From: the human T2T-CHM13v2.0 reference genome, Homo sapiens
Length of the DNA: 64,000 nt
Strand: one strand, 5' to 3'
Assembly (NCBI RefSeq): GCF_009914755.1
Contig: NC_060935.1
This document shows positions 11,581 through 25,660 of the stretch, piece after piece. The notes below the pieces were generated by a model. The model was not told the DNA's origin. It did no database searches and saw only the letters and a program-made list of their open reading frames with translations. The position numbers and the translations under genes were made by a program. How positions within the stretch are numbered: the stretch's first letter is position 1; every line of letters starts with the position of its first letter.

Positions 11581-12863
11581 TAAGGGAATTCTTTAATGCT
11601 GTAACAGAGTGACTTCCTCTGACCCCTAATTTGCTAAACCACTTGTCTGCACTTTAGAAAAGTAGATTTTGACAAAATAAAGAGGATAGATTCTATGTGT
11701 TCTCAGAGGCAAAAATTCAAAAATGGAAAATATCTCAGTATACTGGAAGGGTCTCTAAAGTCCATATTTCTATAAACAGTTGCATATTAATAGCCTTTTT
11801 GGAAAGGAGAGTTGCTGAGTAGTAAGGAGTCCAAAGTGCTCAGATTTTAATATACCATATATAGAAGATGGGTTAGAGCTGGCTAAGAAAATGTACAGCA
11901 AAGTGTCATAAGTGTATTATTATATTGTAATAATATGAAAACTAAAACCTAGAATCCATTTATTTATTCATCATTTTTTATGTATTTATTCTGATAAATA
12001 TTTTATTTTATTGAATGCATACTAAGTATGTACCTCTGTGGCAGACACTGATATAAGCTGAGCTATAAAAAGTATAAAGATGATGTACAAACACATGCTT
12101 TTTAAATTAATTTTTTAAAAAAAATTTTGAGTACATAGTAGGTTTATATATTTATGGAGTACATGAGATACTTTGATACCAGCAATAAGTAATAATCACA
12201 TCATGGAAAATGGGGATCTGTCCCCGCAAGCATTTGTTCTTTGTGTTACACACAGTCTAATTATACTCTTTTAGTTATTTTCAAATGTACAATTAAATTA
12301 TTATTGGCTATAGTCACCCTGTTGTGCTATCAAATACTGTCTTATTTATTCTTTCTAAGTATACATATATTTGTACTCATTAATCATCCCCCACTTCCCC
12401 CTTGTAACCTCACTACCCTTTCTAGCCTCTGGTAGCCAACCGTCTATTCTCTATCTCCCTGAGTTCAATTGTTTTGAATTTTAGATCCCACAAATAAGTG
12501 TTAACATGTGATATTTATCTTTCTGTGCCTGACTTATTTCACTTAACATAATGAACTACATACGGTTCCATCCACGTTATTGCAAATGAAAGTATCACAT
12601 TTTTTTATGTCTGCAAAATCCTCCACTGTGTATGTGTACCACATGTAAATTAGAGGTTGTCTGTATCCATCTGTCTATCGATGAACACTTAGGTTGCTTC
12701 AAAATCTTAGCTATTGTAAACAGTGGTGCAACAAACATAAGAATTCAGGTATCTCTTCCATATATTGATTACCTTTCTTTTGGTAGGTACCAGCAGTGGG
12801 GTCACTGAATCGTGGTTCTATTTTTAATTTTTGAGGAACCCCCAAACTTCTCCATAGTGGTTG

Positions 12864-13734
<871 letters not shown>

Positions 13735-14785
13735 TGGTTGTACTAATTTAGATTTTCACCAACAGGGTACTAGAGTTCTCTTTTCTCCACACCCTTGCCA
13801 GCATTTGTTATTGCTTGAATTTTTGGATAAAAGCCATTTTAACTGGGGTGAGATGACATTTCACTGTAGTTTTGATTTGCATTTCTCTAGCGATCAGTGA
13901 TGTTGAGCACCTTTTCATATGCCTGTTTGCCATTTGTATATCTTCTTTTTGAGAAATGTCTGTTCAAATCTTTAGCCTGTTTTTTGATCAGATTATTAGA
14001 TTTTTTCCTATAGAGTTGTTTGAGCTCTTTATATATTCAGGTTATTAATCCCTTGTCAGATGGGTTATTTGCAAATATTTTCCCCCATTCCATGGGACTT
14101 CATCTCACTGTGTTGATTATTCCTGTGATGTGCAGAAGCTTTTTAACTTGATGTGATTCCATTTGTTCATTTTTGCTTGGTTTCCTGTACTTGTGGGATA
14201 TTACTCAAGAAATTTTTGCCCAGGTCAGTGTCCTGGAGAGCTTCCCCAGTGTTATCTTGTAGTAGTTTCACAGTTTGAGGTCTTAGATTTAAGTCTGTAA
14301 TCTGTTTTGATTTTTGTATATGGTGAGACATAAGGGTAAAGTTCTATTCTTCTTCATACAGATTTCCAGTTTTTCCAGCACCATCTACTGAAGAGACTGC
14401 CCTTTCTCCAGTGTATGTTCTTGGCACCTTTGTCAAAAACGAGTTCACTGTAAGTGTATAAATTTGCTTCTGGGTTATCTGTTCTGTTCAGTTGGTCTAT
14501 GGATCTGTTTTTCTGCCAGTACCATGCTGTTTTGGTTACTATAGCTCTGTAGTGTAATTAGAAGTCAGGTAGTGTGATTCTTCCAGTTTGTTCTTTTTGC
14601 TCAGGATAGCTTTGGCTATTCTGAATCTTTTTGCATGCAAATTCTTAGAGCTACATTCAGATCAATGAGATGAGACAGGGCCATTGCTTGAGTAAAGCTA
14701 TAATTTTACAAAGAAAAACATTGTGGAGAAATAAAGTAGTCCTTATTTTACTTCTCTCTTCTCTGCCATTAAGAATAATACACAC

Positions 14786-15095
<310 letters not shown>

Positions 15096-15419
15096 CTAAC
15101 AGAAAGGGTACATGAAACATTATATACAATGAATTAAAACCCAAAAAGGAAATAAGTTGTTAACAGAACATATAGTTATTGTTAATTAAGTCATGCCTGC
15201 AAAAATTACCTGGCAGTGAATGGGAAAAACTTGCAGGTATGTTCCTAGAAATATTATAAACATGGAGAATGTTACCTTCACTTGAAAAGTAGCACTTGCC
15301 TTATGGTTTTATCTACCAGTACTTTGCCTTTTTCACTGTACCATGGAATATTCCCTCAATATTGTTTAACTGAATTTTCTTGACAAACTCTTTTGTTACA
15401 AACAGCACAAAATATATTC

Positions 15420-15685
15420 TAACCTAGTTGCATTGAAAACATATTAATTTTAAATTAAAATATATCACTTGTGAGTTCTTACATATATTATTAATTCTGG
15501 GTTCTATTCAGTGGTTAGCAGTTTCTACATGTTCAGGAGCACCAGTTTTGTGTAGCTCTTCCCAACTCTGGGTTCAGCAATCCCATTGGTAAAAATTGGT
15601 CATAATGGGAGCATGGGAAATTAATGAATGCTACAATTCAGGGTCTTTTTTTTTTTTGAGATATGGTTTATTAACATATCATTGG
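15420..15685 (+). mobile_element. MER63-like hAT remnant
   Basis: 'ctcttcccaactctgggttcag...gctacaattcagggtc' resembles MER63. Confidence 0.5.
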
Positions 15686-15859
15686 ACATTCCTGATGAAT
15701 GTATTGGTGAAGATCTATAAAAAATGCAGTGCAGGAAAAATATAAATTCAAGTAAACCTAAAAATTGTTTAATTTTTATAGTCTTTTTCATTACCAGTCT
15801 TTTTTTTTTTCTCAGTTGCTATCATTCTGAAAAAGATCTTAATAGTTTTCCTGGATATA

Positions 15860-16881
15860 ATACTGCAGTAACCCCCTTAGTTCTTCTAACTCCATGGACT
15901 GTCTATTTCTGAACACTATATAAATTGACTCATTTACTATATATTATTTTATGTGTGGCATCTTTTGTTAAATGTGAAATTTATACTGTTGCATGAAACT
16001 GAAATTTATTCATTTTCATTGTTATAAAATATACTCCCTAATATGCTATAATTTATTTTTTATTTACTATTTATAGACATATTAATTATATCCTATTTGA
16101 GGATATTATGATTGCACATATATATGCATTTCTATTCAAGATTCCTAAGACTGAAATATCTGGGTCAAAGAATATGTATATGTTCAATTTCATCAAATAC
16201 TACTGAAGAGTTTTCCAAAGTGGCTGTAAAAATTTATATTCCCATCCGCAATGTATGAGGTTTGAGATACTCCACATTTTCATAAACACTTGACATTGCC
16301 AGTCTTTTTAATTGTAGTCATTTTGATGTATGTATAGTGGAGTCTCATTAGGTGTTAATTTGTTTTCCTCCAATGATTAAGGAGGGTAAGTACTTTTTCA
16401 ATACTCATTGGCTCTTAGGATGTGCTTCTTTTTTGGAATTCCTCTTCAAGTTTTGTTTTTGTTTTGTTTTGCCAAGATTTCACTATTTTTTCTATAGATT
16501 TCTAGAAATTCTTTATATATTTTGAAAATGAGCCTTCAGTTGGATGGAAGTATGAAATCATATTCCAATCTGTGGATTTGTCTTTTCACTCTTTTAATGG
16601 AATATTTTTATTAACAGAATTATTTCAATTTTATTAACAGAATTATTTCAATTTTATCACAGTTAAATCAATGCTTTTATACTACAAAATCTTAACCTAA
16701 ACCAAGTTCATAAAAATTATATTTTATGTTATCTTCTAATAGCTTCTGGAAACTTTTTTATCTTTCTTGTTTGGATCTAATTTCATCTGGAATTTACATT
16801 TATGTATGAACTAGGAGTCAGGTCAGTTCCTCATCACCTGCCACACATATGTGCATGCGCGTGAGTGCATGCGCGCACACA

Positions 16882-16927
<46 letters not shown>

Positions 16928-18430
16928 TAACTAGGTGTTCCAGCACTGTTTTTTGAATGGATAATCTTACCCTATAACCCTGAAGTATGTACTTTTTTAT
17001 AGTTCAAAAGTTTGTACATGTATGGACCTGTTTCTAGTATATCTATTCTAAATCGTTGGTCTATTTGTGTATCCTAACACTAATATCATGACTTAATTAA
17101 TGTAGTTTATAGTAAGTCTTGATTGATGACATACGGTGTCTTCTCTATGCGCTCATCTTTAACATCGTCTTAGTTATTGCTGGATGCTTAGTTTACATGT
17201 ATATATTAGAAATAGCTTGCCAATTTACACACATATACCTGAGATTTTGAAAAGATTATATCGAATCTATTATATTGACCATTCTCATCAATGAATACTG
17301 TATAATCTCAATTTATTTAGGTCTTCTATAAATCTCTTAAAAATGTTTTAGACTTTTAATATATCCTTAGATTTGGCTTGCTCATGTTTTGTTTAAGATT
17401 GTTAAAGCTGTTTGCATGGGAAATACTACCTGTAATTGTCCTTTTGAAATGTATCTGCTAGGTTTTGATATCAAGATTACACAGATCTCACAAAACATCA
17501 TGGTAAGTATTCCATTCCAATTTTTTCTCTAGAATAATTTTTGCAAGATTAATGTCATGTCTTTAGCTGTTAGAAATCACCAAACTTCTAGTAGAAAACA
17601 TCTGAGCATGGAGTTTCTTTTGGGGAAGGTTTTGAATAATGTATACAATTTCTTTCATAGATAAAACTAATCTGATTTTCTTTTTTCTGTGGGGAAAGGT
17701 AAGTTTGATGAGTTGTATTCTTTATAGGATTTTTCTCCATGCCAACCAAATGTATAGCCATAAAGTTTTCACCTTTTCCTTGTAGTATTGTTTTCAATTT
17801 CTAAATTTCTTTTCTTTATTATTTCTCTTATTTTCTTTGGGTTAATATTCTGTTCTTTGTCGAACTACTTGATTCAGATGCTGAGATTATTGATTGTCAT
17901 TTATAATATATAAACCTAAGTGTATAATTTTCTCTTTGGGCATGTATTTAGCTATATTCCATAAATTTTCATATGTAGTATTTTCATTATTATTTGGTTC
18001 AAAATATTTTCTACTTTTCATTATGATTTCTTCATTGACTCATGGGTTATTTAAAAGTGCATTTTAAAATTTCCAAATATAAGAGAATTTTTCAGTTATC
18101 TTTTTTATTATTTCTAACATTATTCCACTGTGGTCAGGAAACATATTTAGTGTGATTTGAGCCCTTCTAAATCTGCTGCGACTTGCTTTATAGCCTACAA
18201 TATTTTTAATTTCAGTAAATATTTTACATACATTTAATAAGAATGAGTGTTCTAGAGCTTTGTATGTGGTTATTATATTGTATGTAGTCAATTAGGTCAA
18301 ATTTGTTAAGTATTATATTGAAGCATTCTATAGTCTTAGTGACTTTTTTGGTCTTGTTCTTTGTGTTACTGAGAGAAATGTGCTGAAGTTTTCCACTGTA
18401 AATGTAGAGCTGTACATGTCTTCTTGTATC
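15860..18430 (-). mobile_element. Old L1M (L1ME-like) fragments, 3' ORF2 to endonuclease
   Basis: 'ttttccaaagtggctgta...cccatccgcaatgtatgagg'. ORF 18064-18291 contains endonuclease-like FPDHSGIMLEI. Confidence 0.75.
16850..16925. repeat. Alternating purine-pyrimidine tract: (GT/GC)n then (CA)n microsatellite
   Basis: Directly visible. Confidence 0.95.
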
Positions 18431-18949
18431 AATAATTTATTTTATAAACCTCCTTGACAAAAAATGGTACCTGAAGAAATTAGGTGCTAAAACCAATAGC
18501 TTGTAATGCAGATCCTTTACTTTCAATCTTATATCCATAAAATATAATGTTCTACCTATATCTTTATTGATACAATATGATGGACAGAAATGACCAGTTT
18601 CCTGCTCCTACTCACTGGAGCCTCACCATTGCATTTAGTAGAAACTAATCCAGAGATTCGCAAGCTGGAAGACCCTGGATTCAGGGCCACTGTTGGAGGC
18701 TAGCATTGATGTATAGCAGACAAGAGCTCAGATTTTGTTACTCACTCCATGCATAAAATAGCCATGGTACCACCACTGACCCACTGGCCATACATCCTAA
18801 CTGCAGGTGAAGTATCCAAGTGAAAATAAACTTACTCTGGCTGCCACTACAACACTAAAAATATAAATTGAGAAAAAATATTTATAGTTCTTAGGCATGA
18901 GGAAAACCTTGAGTATCAGATTGAATCAACTGATTTCCTCAAAGACAGG

Positions 18950-19087
18950 GCCTATGCCTTATGGATCATTTTAGCTTTGGCACTGATTTTTCTGTTTGGC
19001 TTTGATAATAGTTGATATGCCTATGCCTTATGGATCATTTTAGCTTTGGCACTGATTTTTCTATTTGGCTTTGATAATAGTTGATAA
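18950..19087. repeat. 69-bp tandem duplication
   Basis: Copies at 18950-19018 and 19019-19087, with one internal mismatch. Confidence 0.95.
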
Positions 19088-20005
19088 ATATTTGATGAAG
19101 GAAACTCTTGGTCCTGCTTGAACAGAGAGAGAAGAACAATAAGTCATGTTTCAGTGAGGCTAGAAATCCATGACAGCACAGATAGGTCTCCAAGGCTTCA
19201 GCAGTATCAAAGACAATCACATTTTTCCTGGCAGAATACAAAATCACAAGACAGAAAAGGCTTTTTTTAGCAGGATCACCTGTCCTATGACTATTATCTT
19301 CCTATGTCATAGATCATTGGAGGAAAAGCCCTGGAAACTGGATCACCTTGCCTAAGATAAATCTGAGTTTCTTAATGATTCTTTTTTTCTTTCTCCTCCT
19401 CTTCTCCTGGTTTCCAAACCTAAAATGGCTTCCCTGCTGATTATCCTCCAAAGGCAGCATCCATTCTCCAGAATCACTAACTAAGTTCCAACGGAACAAG
19501 GATATATTTAATTTGGAGCCCCACAGATTAGTCTTCATTGCAGTATATTTGCAGAGATAATTATTTTAAGAGTAATATGCCCTTTAAAAAGCACACTGGT
19601 TATGTCTTCAGTTCTTAAGAAGAAAGTTAAGTTTGAACATAAATGAGTTCAGGAATCAAGTCTCAGTGCCCTTATATACTGGGCTAGTTACATGAAACTT
19701 GTAAGGCAGGAACTTCCATTAGCTATTAAATATTTGGGGTCTTTCTGACACAATGCAGTATCCCAAGTACACATAAGAGAATTTTGTTGTAGGTTTGTCA
19801 AGGCCCAAAGGGTAAGGATCTGTAATGGACACCAGTATACCAATATCTGTAAGTTTAGCTATGATCTCTCAGCAGAAATGATGGGTTGGACATAATACCC
19901 TGGCAGAACAAATGAGTAAAGTCAGTTAGGGTGCCAAATCATTTTCATAGACCAAGATAGATGGTATTTATCCTGCCCTTTCAAGGGGCTTCCTGTAATT
20001 CTTGG

Positions 20006-20302
20006 TGTTTGTTTGTTTTTGAGGCAGGGTCTCTCTCTGTTGCCCAGGCTGGAGTTCAGTGGCATAATCTCGGCTCACTGCAACCTCTGCTTCCTTAGTT
20101 CAAGCTATTCTCCTGCCTCAGCCTCCTCAGTAGCTGGGACTACAGGCACACGCCACCACACCCAGCTAATTTCCGTATTTTTAGTAGAGATGAGGTTTCA
20201 CCATGTTGGCCAGGCTGGTCTCTAACTCCAGGCCTCAAGTGATCCACCCACCTTGGCCTCCTGTAGTGCCGGAATTAGAGGCATGAGCCACTGTACCCAG
20301 CC
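20006..20302 (-). mobile_element. Alu (Jb/Sz-like)
   Basis: Full antisense Alu with 'cagggtctc' and 'cctcaagtgatcc'. Confidence 0.93.
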
Positions 20303-20759
20303 ACTTCTATTTTTAAGTCATTAGTGGAAATAATTCAAAGAACAGGAATTGCCATAACCTTTCCTGAAGAATTACCTCTTTCGGAGAAACACCAACCACT
20401 TCCTTTGATGTATAATTGTCTCATCTGTGTTTGCCTGCTGGCTGCAGCAAAATCTATAAGACCTTATAAAGGAGTTGCATTCCACCCAACAGGTGGTCTT
20501 GAATCTGTGCACTCTATGTTCACAGCTTTGAACAAACTTCTAATTGGAAATACCACCAATCAACAGGCGAGATCTGGCTTACCTAGATTAGGGCAACAAG
20601 TTACACTCAAAAACTTGCTAAGTTGAAGGTAACTGGTTTCAATATTAATATTCAGGTCCTCTTGCCTCTCTGCTGTGAGTCAAATTCAATACAAAGCCAG
20701 TGGATCCCTAGAACTCCACTGATTCCCAAGATTCTCCAGTGCGAATCAGCTTCCTTGCT

Positions 20760-21440
20760 GTCTTTCACCTACATCCGTTGCATTAACAAGTCCTGTCAAA
20801 TGTACTTTCCACGTACATCTTGAAGACACCCACTTCTCCATGTTCACTATGTCTGTCTTAACTACCATCTTTTCTCCTCTGGTCTACTTTAATGTCTCCT
20901 AACTGACCACTCAGTGTTTACTCCTACCTCCCTGAAGTCATCTCCATAAAGTTGCAAGAATAGTCTCTTAACACAAAAATGTGATATTACTGTCAAACCT
21001 AAAATCTGTGGTCGTAAACGCCTGTAATCCCAGCACTTTGTGAGGCCAAGGCAGGCGGACCATTTGAGGTCAGAAGTTCGAGACCAGCCTTGCCAATGTG
21101 GTGAAACCTGTCTTTACTAAAAATATAAAAATTAGCTAGGCATAGTGCCAGGTGCCTGTAATCCCAGCTACTCGGGGGCTGAGGCAGGAGAATCACATGA
21201 ACCCATGTGGCAGAGGTTGCAGTGAGCTGAGATCATGCCACTGTACTGACAGAATGAGACAGCATCTCAAAAAAAAAAATACAGTAAAATAAATAAATAA
21301 ATAAATCCATTAATGACTTCTTTCATTTTACTCCAATCTCATTATTATCGTCTACCTATTTTCCTATTTTGAAGTTAATTTCGTGAGGGCAGAGACTGTA
21401 ACTTTCTTGTATGCCACCGAATTCTAAAACCTAGAATTAA
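20760..21440 (+). mobile_element. L2 fragments split by an Alu
   Basis: 'acaagtcctgtcaaatgtac...cccacttctcc...ctcctaactg' and L2 3' 'gtgagggcagagactg'. Confidence 0.55.
21007..21305 (+). mobile_element. AluS, slightly 5'-truncated, with a small right-arm deletion
   Basis: 'cgcctgtaatcccagcactttg...gaggttgcagtgagc', A/(TAAA)n tail. Confidence 0.93.
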
Positions 21441-21490
21441 ATAATGGGCCAATCAAACTGCAAGCCAGCTTTCTATCGCAGCAGACTCAC

Positions 21491-21687
21491 CACAGGGTCA
21501 CTGTACTAGATTCAGAGCCCAATTCAGGGAATTCCTTTCCAGATAATACCCTGAGGACTGGGTCCTGGAGGTCTTTGAGAAGACTGATGGTATTGTCCCT
21601 GCTCCACTTTTGCAGCACAAGAGGCAATGGGAGTATTACTGAATGCAGTGTCCATAGGGAGTTCCTGGCCAGAGCCAGGAACAGAAA
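21491..21687 (-). other. Candidate internal exon (probably non-coding)
   Basis: Minus strand: pyrimidine-rich run, ...ctcattttcag| 197 nt |GTGAGT. Confidence 0.35.
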
Positions 21688-23461
21688 CTGAAAATGAGTT
21701 ACCCAACCAAGCAGGAATAGAGAAAGAATAGAAAGATAAGGAGGCAATTAAAATAAAGAATAAAAGCAACCTGGGAAAAGATCTTTAGAATCAGATGCTG
21801 AAGAACTGGGACTTTAAAAATTTCTGATCCTAAGAGTAGATAGAGTGATAAACTTTAATACTCATGACTTGACCCTTCTGGAAGTAAGTAGTGTCAGAAG
21901 CAGAGGGTCCACACGTTTCAAACCCTCACCACCATGTTAAATGCACACAATTCACTTCAAAATGTACCTGTTCACTCACTCACTTATTCATCCATTCATT
22001 TATAACATTTTTTGAGAATTTGTGAATATTCTTTGGAAACATTAAAATACACTAAAATGCAATTTACTTCAAAGCCTCTGGCTGTTCATCTGTAACAAGA
22101 CAGATTGACCTTCTCACTTCTCATACTCTTCCTTCTTTTGCTCATCACTCAAGATTCAGTCCAAGTCCTTCTTTCATCTAGAGTTTTTCAAGTTCCCTGC
22201 TGGTTTCCCTTTATCTGAGCTCCATTAGCATATACGATTGCCTCACATCTTTTAAAATGTGAAGAGTGGCTATCTGTATTATTTCTTAAAGACTGGCACA
22301 TTTTATTATGTCTGGTGTGTTTCTCACATTGAACTTAGCTCAGACATGCATACTTAGTGCGTGATAAATGCTTGGTACATATTTCAAACATATTGGCTGG
22401 TTCCCGTGGGGTCATTGTTCCCAGATTAGAATTCTAGTTGAGTTATTCCTCTTATTCTCTAGTTAATTTGTATATATGAAGAGATCTTTCTCAGCAGTTA
22501 TAGACTTATTGCATTTGTCTGCCAGCCAGAACCCATTCTTGTGCTCCCCCAAATGGGTCCTATAATATCACTTTGGCACACTTATCCCTGCTGGTGGATT
22601 TCTATTTATACCATTTGGGTTATTGGCTGCCTTGTGTCCTTTAATGCAACCAATATAGGAATTCTGAAACTTTAAAAGTAAATACATCTTAAATATATAT
22701 ACCCAAACACATATTCATTTAAAGAATACTAATAAAATAGCATTTTTCAAGATTATTGTACTTTTTAATTTTTTTAAATACATGGAAATTATAAATGTTT
22801 GACAGAGAAAAGAAAATCCTTATAATCCCAACTTCACAATAAACTTCACATTTTGTAAATATGTTGGCATTTTTGTACATTTCTGTCCAAATGCACACAA
22901 TCTGGACAATTCACTTTGGAGCCTGCATTTTTCTTCTTCTGCTTCATATAGAAATCAGTTATCATATGCTTATCAGTTACCTCATATTCTTTATGTTATC
23001 CTCTTTGTTTTGAACCTGTCAACTTCCCCTGAGAAGATTAAATGAAATAAAAAGAAGGTATGGTGTACTAAATATTATATTAGAAATATTATTTTTTCTG
23101 TATTGTATATCCTTGAAAGAAGTATTTTTAATATTTCTTTGGTATTTTATACATTATTTGTGTAATTTAACTGTTACTAATATTGTAGCCACCAATTCAT
23201 GGGTGGAGGCGGCAATGCAAACACTAGTTTCTTTTACTTCGGCTTATGTAACTGGTCTCCCTCCCCTAGATGTCTGTTGTCAGATCACACATACACAAAC
23301 ACCTGCAGGATGTGGCTCTGTGGGGGGTGGTCAGAAAAGGCATATCAATCTCAGGATGTGAAAGGGCGGGAGGACAGACAAGGCAGGATGAAAGCAACTC
23401 TCAAGTGGAGTCTTCTTCAGGTTCAATTGCTTTTATAGCTTTCCTCTTGCTCTTTGTGCAG

Positions 23462-23516
23462 AGTTGGAAATGTGATATTTTAAAGTTAGTTTTTATAGAA
23501 ACAAATGTCAAGACAG
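23462..23516 (+). other. Candidate 55-nt exon
   Basis: ctttcctcttgctctttgtgcag| ... CAG|GTGAGT. Confidence 0.35.
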
Positions 23517-23812
23517 GTGAGTCATCCTGATATCTCTAAAAATAAACTCAGGTTGTCAAAGAAATCAAAACTTTGCCTTCACGCTTAGCCAGCAAGAGAA
23601 CAAGAGTCTTCCCACCCATGGGCTGTGGAGCTGCTTGAAGTAATCCCAGATTTTGAGGGCAGTATGGGGTTGGAATGAATGAAACTGTGAAGCAAAAAGA
23701 ACTTTGGATTTTGGCTATATTCAACTCAAAAACGTCCTGTAGGAAAGAAGGAGAAAAATTATTTGACTATTTCAACTGAGGCCCGAGATAGGAATCCTAA
23801 AGGAATACTATC

Positions 23813-24526
23813 TGTAGTGGCCAAGGGAAAGCTTCTCTTTCACTCTGAAGGTTCATGGAAAGTGAACTGACAACAGACAGGTTAATAGGAGAAAAAAGGC
23901 ATACCAAATTTAAGGTACATAGCATGGAGGGAATTTCAGTAGAATGGCTACCCAATAACTCAAATGAGTTCCAGATGTTTATATACCCTTTTTTTGTAGA
24001 GGGGTGGGGGATGGGGATGTAGGAAATTAATGAGCCCAAAGAATAATGGCCTGGGACAAAGTTCTTCTGTGCTCTGGGGGAGGTGGAAGAAAGGTGGCGG
24101 GGGCAGGGGCAGTGCATAACTTTACTGTGAACAAAAATTATCTTATTATGCAGATAAATCCTCCCTGGTAATCTTGCAGAGATTAGAATAGTCTCTGAGA
24201 AGAATCTCTCAGAAGAATAGATAAAAAGCCTATCTAGGCAAGGTGACAACTCTTGGAGAACTTCTGTTCTCCAGTTCTCCAGTGGTTAATCTTTCCCGGT
24301 TATTGAATGAGATCTTAGGGAGGGGGTCCTAAGCCAATTGTATTTCTTTTGGAAAGGAACTTTCTCAGATAAAGAAATTCCAGGTAGATTTCCTCTCAGT
24401 GCTTCAAGAAAGAGAATCAGAGAGACAGGGAGGCAGGGAAATGTTGGCGAGAGAGCTTGAGGCTGCTTCTTCAGTTCAGCATGTCAAAGCATTATATTTG
24501 GGGCTGTCGTTTTCTGAACCCCAAGA
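23813..24526 (-). mobile_element. MER39-family solo LTR (ERV1)
   Basis: Right end 'ttgaggctgcttcttcagttcagcatgtcaaagc...ttttctgaaccccaa' is the reverse of the MER39 5' end. Near-TSD tatc/tttc. Confidence 0.8.
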
Positions 24527-24755
24527 TTTCCATTGTGCAGATTTTAAATGTAGCTTTGTCAGCAGCCCAGAGAGTTAACATGTGATAATGAGCATCAATA
24601 GTGATCTGAGTTCTGAGGGAGAAAAAAATGCCAAAGCCCTCAGTAGGATATTTAGGATCTCAAGCTATGCTCAATATGTGCCCTAATGTAGACATAATGT
24701 GAAGATCAAAAGGAAATAAAAATTGAATTCTAACTTTAGAGATAGTAAAACCATC

Positions 24756-25118
24756 TAATATAATGTGGCGGTGCCCCCACCCAAATCTCATCTTAAATTG
24801 TAGCTCCCATAATTCCCTTGTGTTGTTGGAGGGACCCAGTGGGAGATAAATGAATCATGGGGGAAGTTTCCTCCATACTGTGCTCCTGTTAGTTACTAAG
24901 TCTTACGAGATCTGATGAGTTTTAAGGGGAAACCCCTTTCACTTGGCTCTCATTTCTCTTCTTTGCTGGCCGCCATGTAATATGCGCTTTTCACTTTCCG
25001 CCATGACTGTGAAGCCTCCCCAGCCATGTGGAACTGTGAGTCAATTAAACCTCTTTCCTTTATAAATTACCCAGTCTCTGGTATATCTTTATTAGCAGCG
25101 TGAGAACAGACTAATACA
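24756..25118 (+). mobile_element. THE1 (C-like) solo LTR
   Basis: THE1 sequence ending 'agcagcgtgagaacagactaataca'; perfect 5-bp TSD CCATC. Confidence 0.92.
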
Positions 25119-25399
25119 CCATCCTATGTTTGTTTTCTTCTCACTTTCCTCCTCCATGGCCCTCTCTCGCATTTCAACAGTCACCCTGATGGCCAGTACC
25201 CTTTGGCTGCCCTGCCTTGGCCTGCCCACTCAGTGACTGCATACTTCCTCCTGCCTGCCTGAGAATCCCAACTGGTCAAGTTTTGGTTTTGTTTTTTGTT
25301 ATAACTGAGCTCCTCCATACCCTGTACTCAAGACTGATGATACAATGGTGAACAAGACAAAGTCCCTGCCTTCACAAAACTTACAGTGAAAAATGACCC

Positions 25400-25660
25400 C
25401 CTCTCTCTCTCTGTCTCTCTCTCTCTATATATATATGTGTATATATATAAAATATAGATACTATAGTATTTCATATATTATTTCGACTATATTATTTTTA
25501 TATATTATAGATTTTATATATAGTATATAGAATTTCATATATTATGAAGAAAAAGTAATATATGAAATTCTAACATATATGTAAAATACAGTAGAATTCT
25601 ACTATATATAGAATTCTATATATATAGTAGAATTCTCTATATAGTAGAATTTCATAAATG
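25400..25660. repeat. (TC)n/(TA)n low-complexity tract with AT-rich palindromes
   Basis: Directly visible. Confidence 0.85.

Noticed and set aside
18950-19087. CRISPR-like arrays (also 44001-44064 and 56640-56790)
   Set aside because: These are simple tandem duplications without unique spacers, or normal LTR subrepeats, in eukaryotic DNA.
20324-20626. 100-aa plus-strand ORF in unique DNA
   Set aside because: Starts at GTG rather than ATG, has no recognisable homology and no supporting splice or promoter context.
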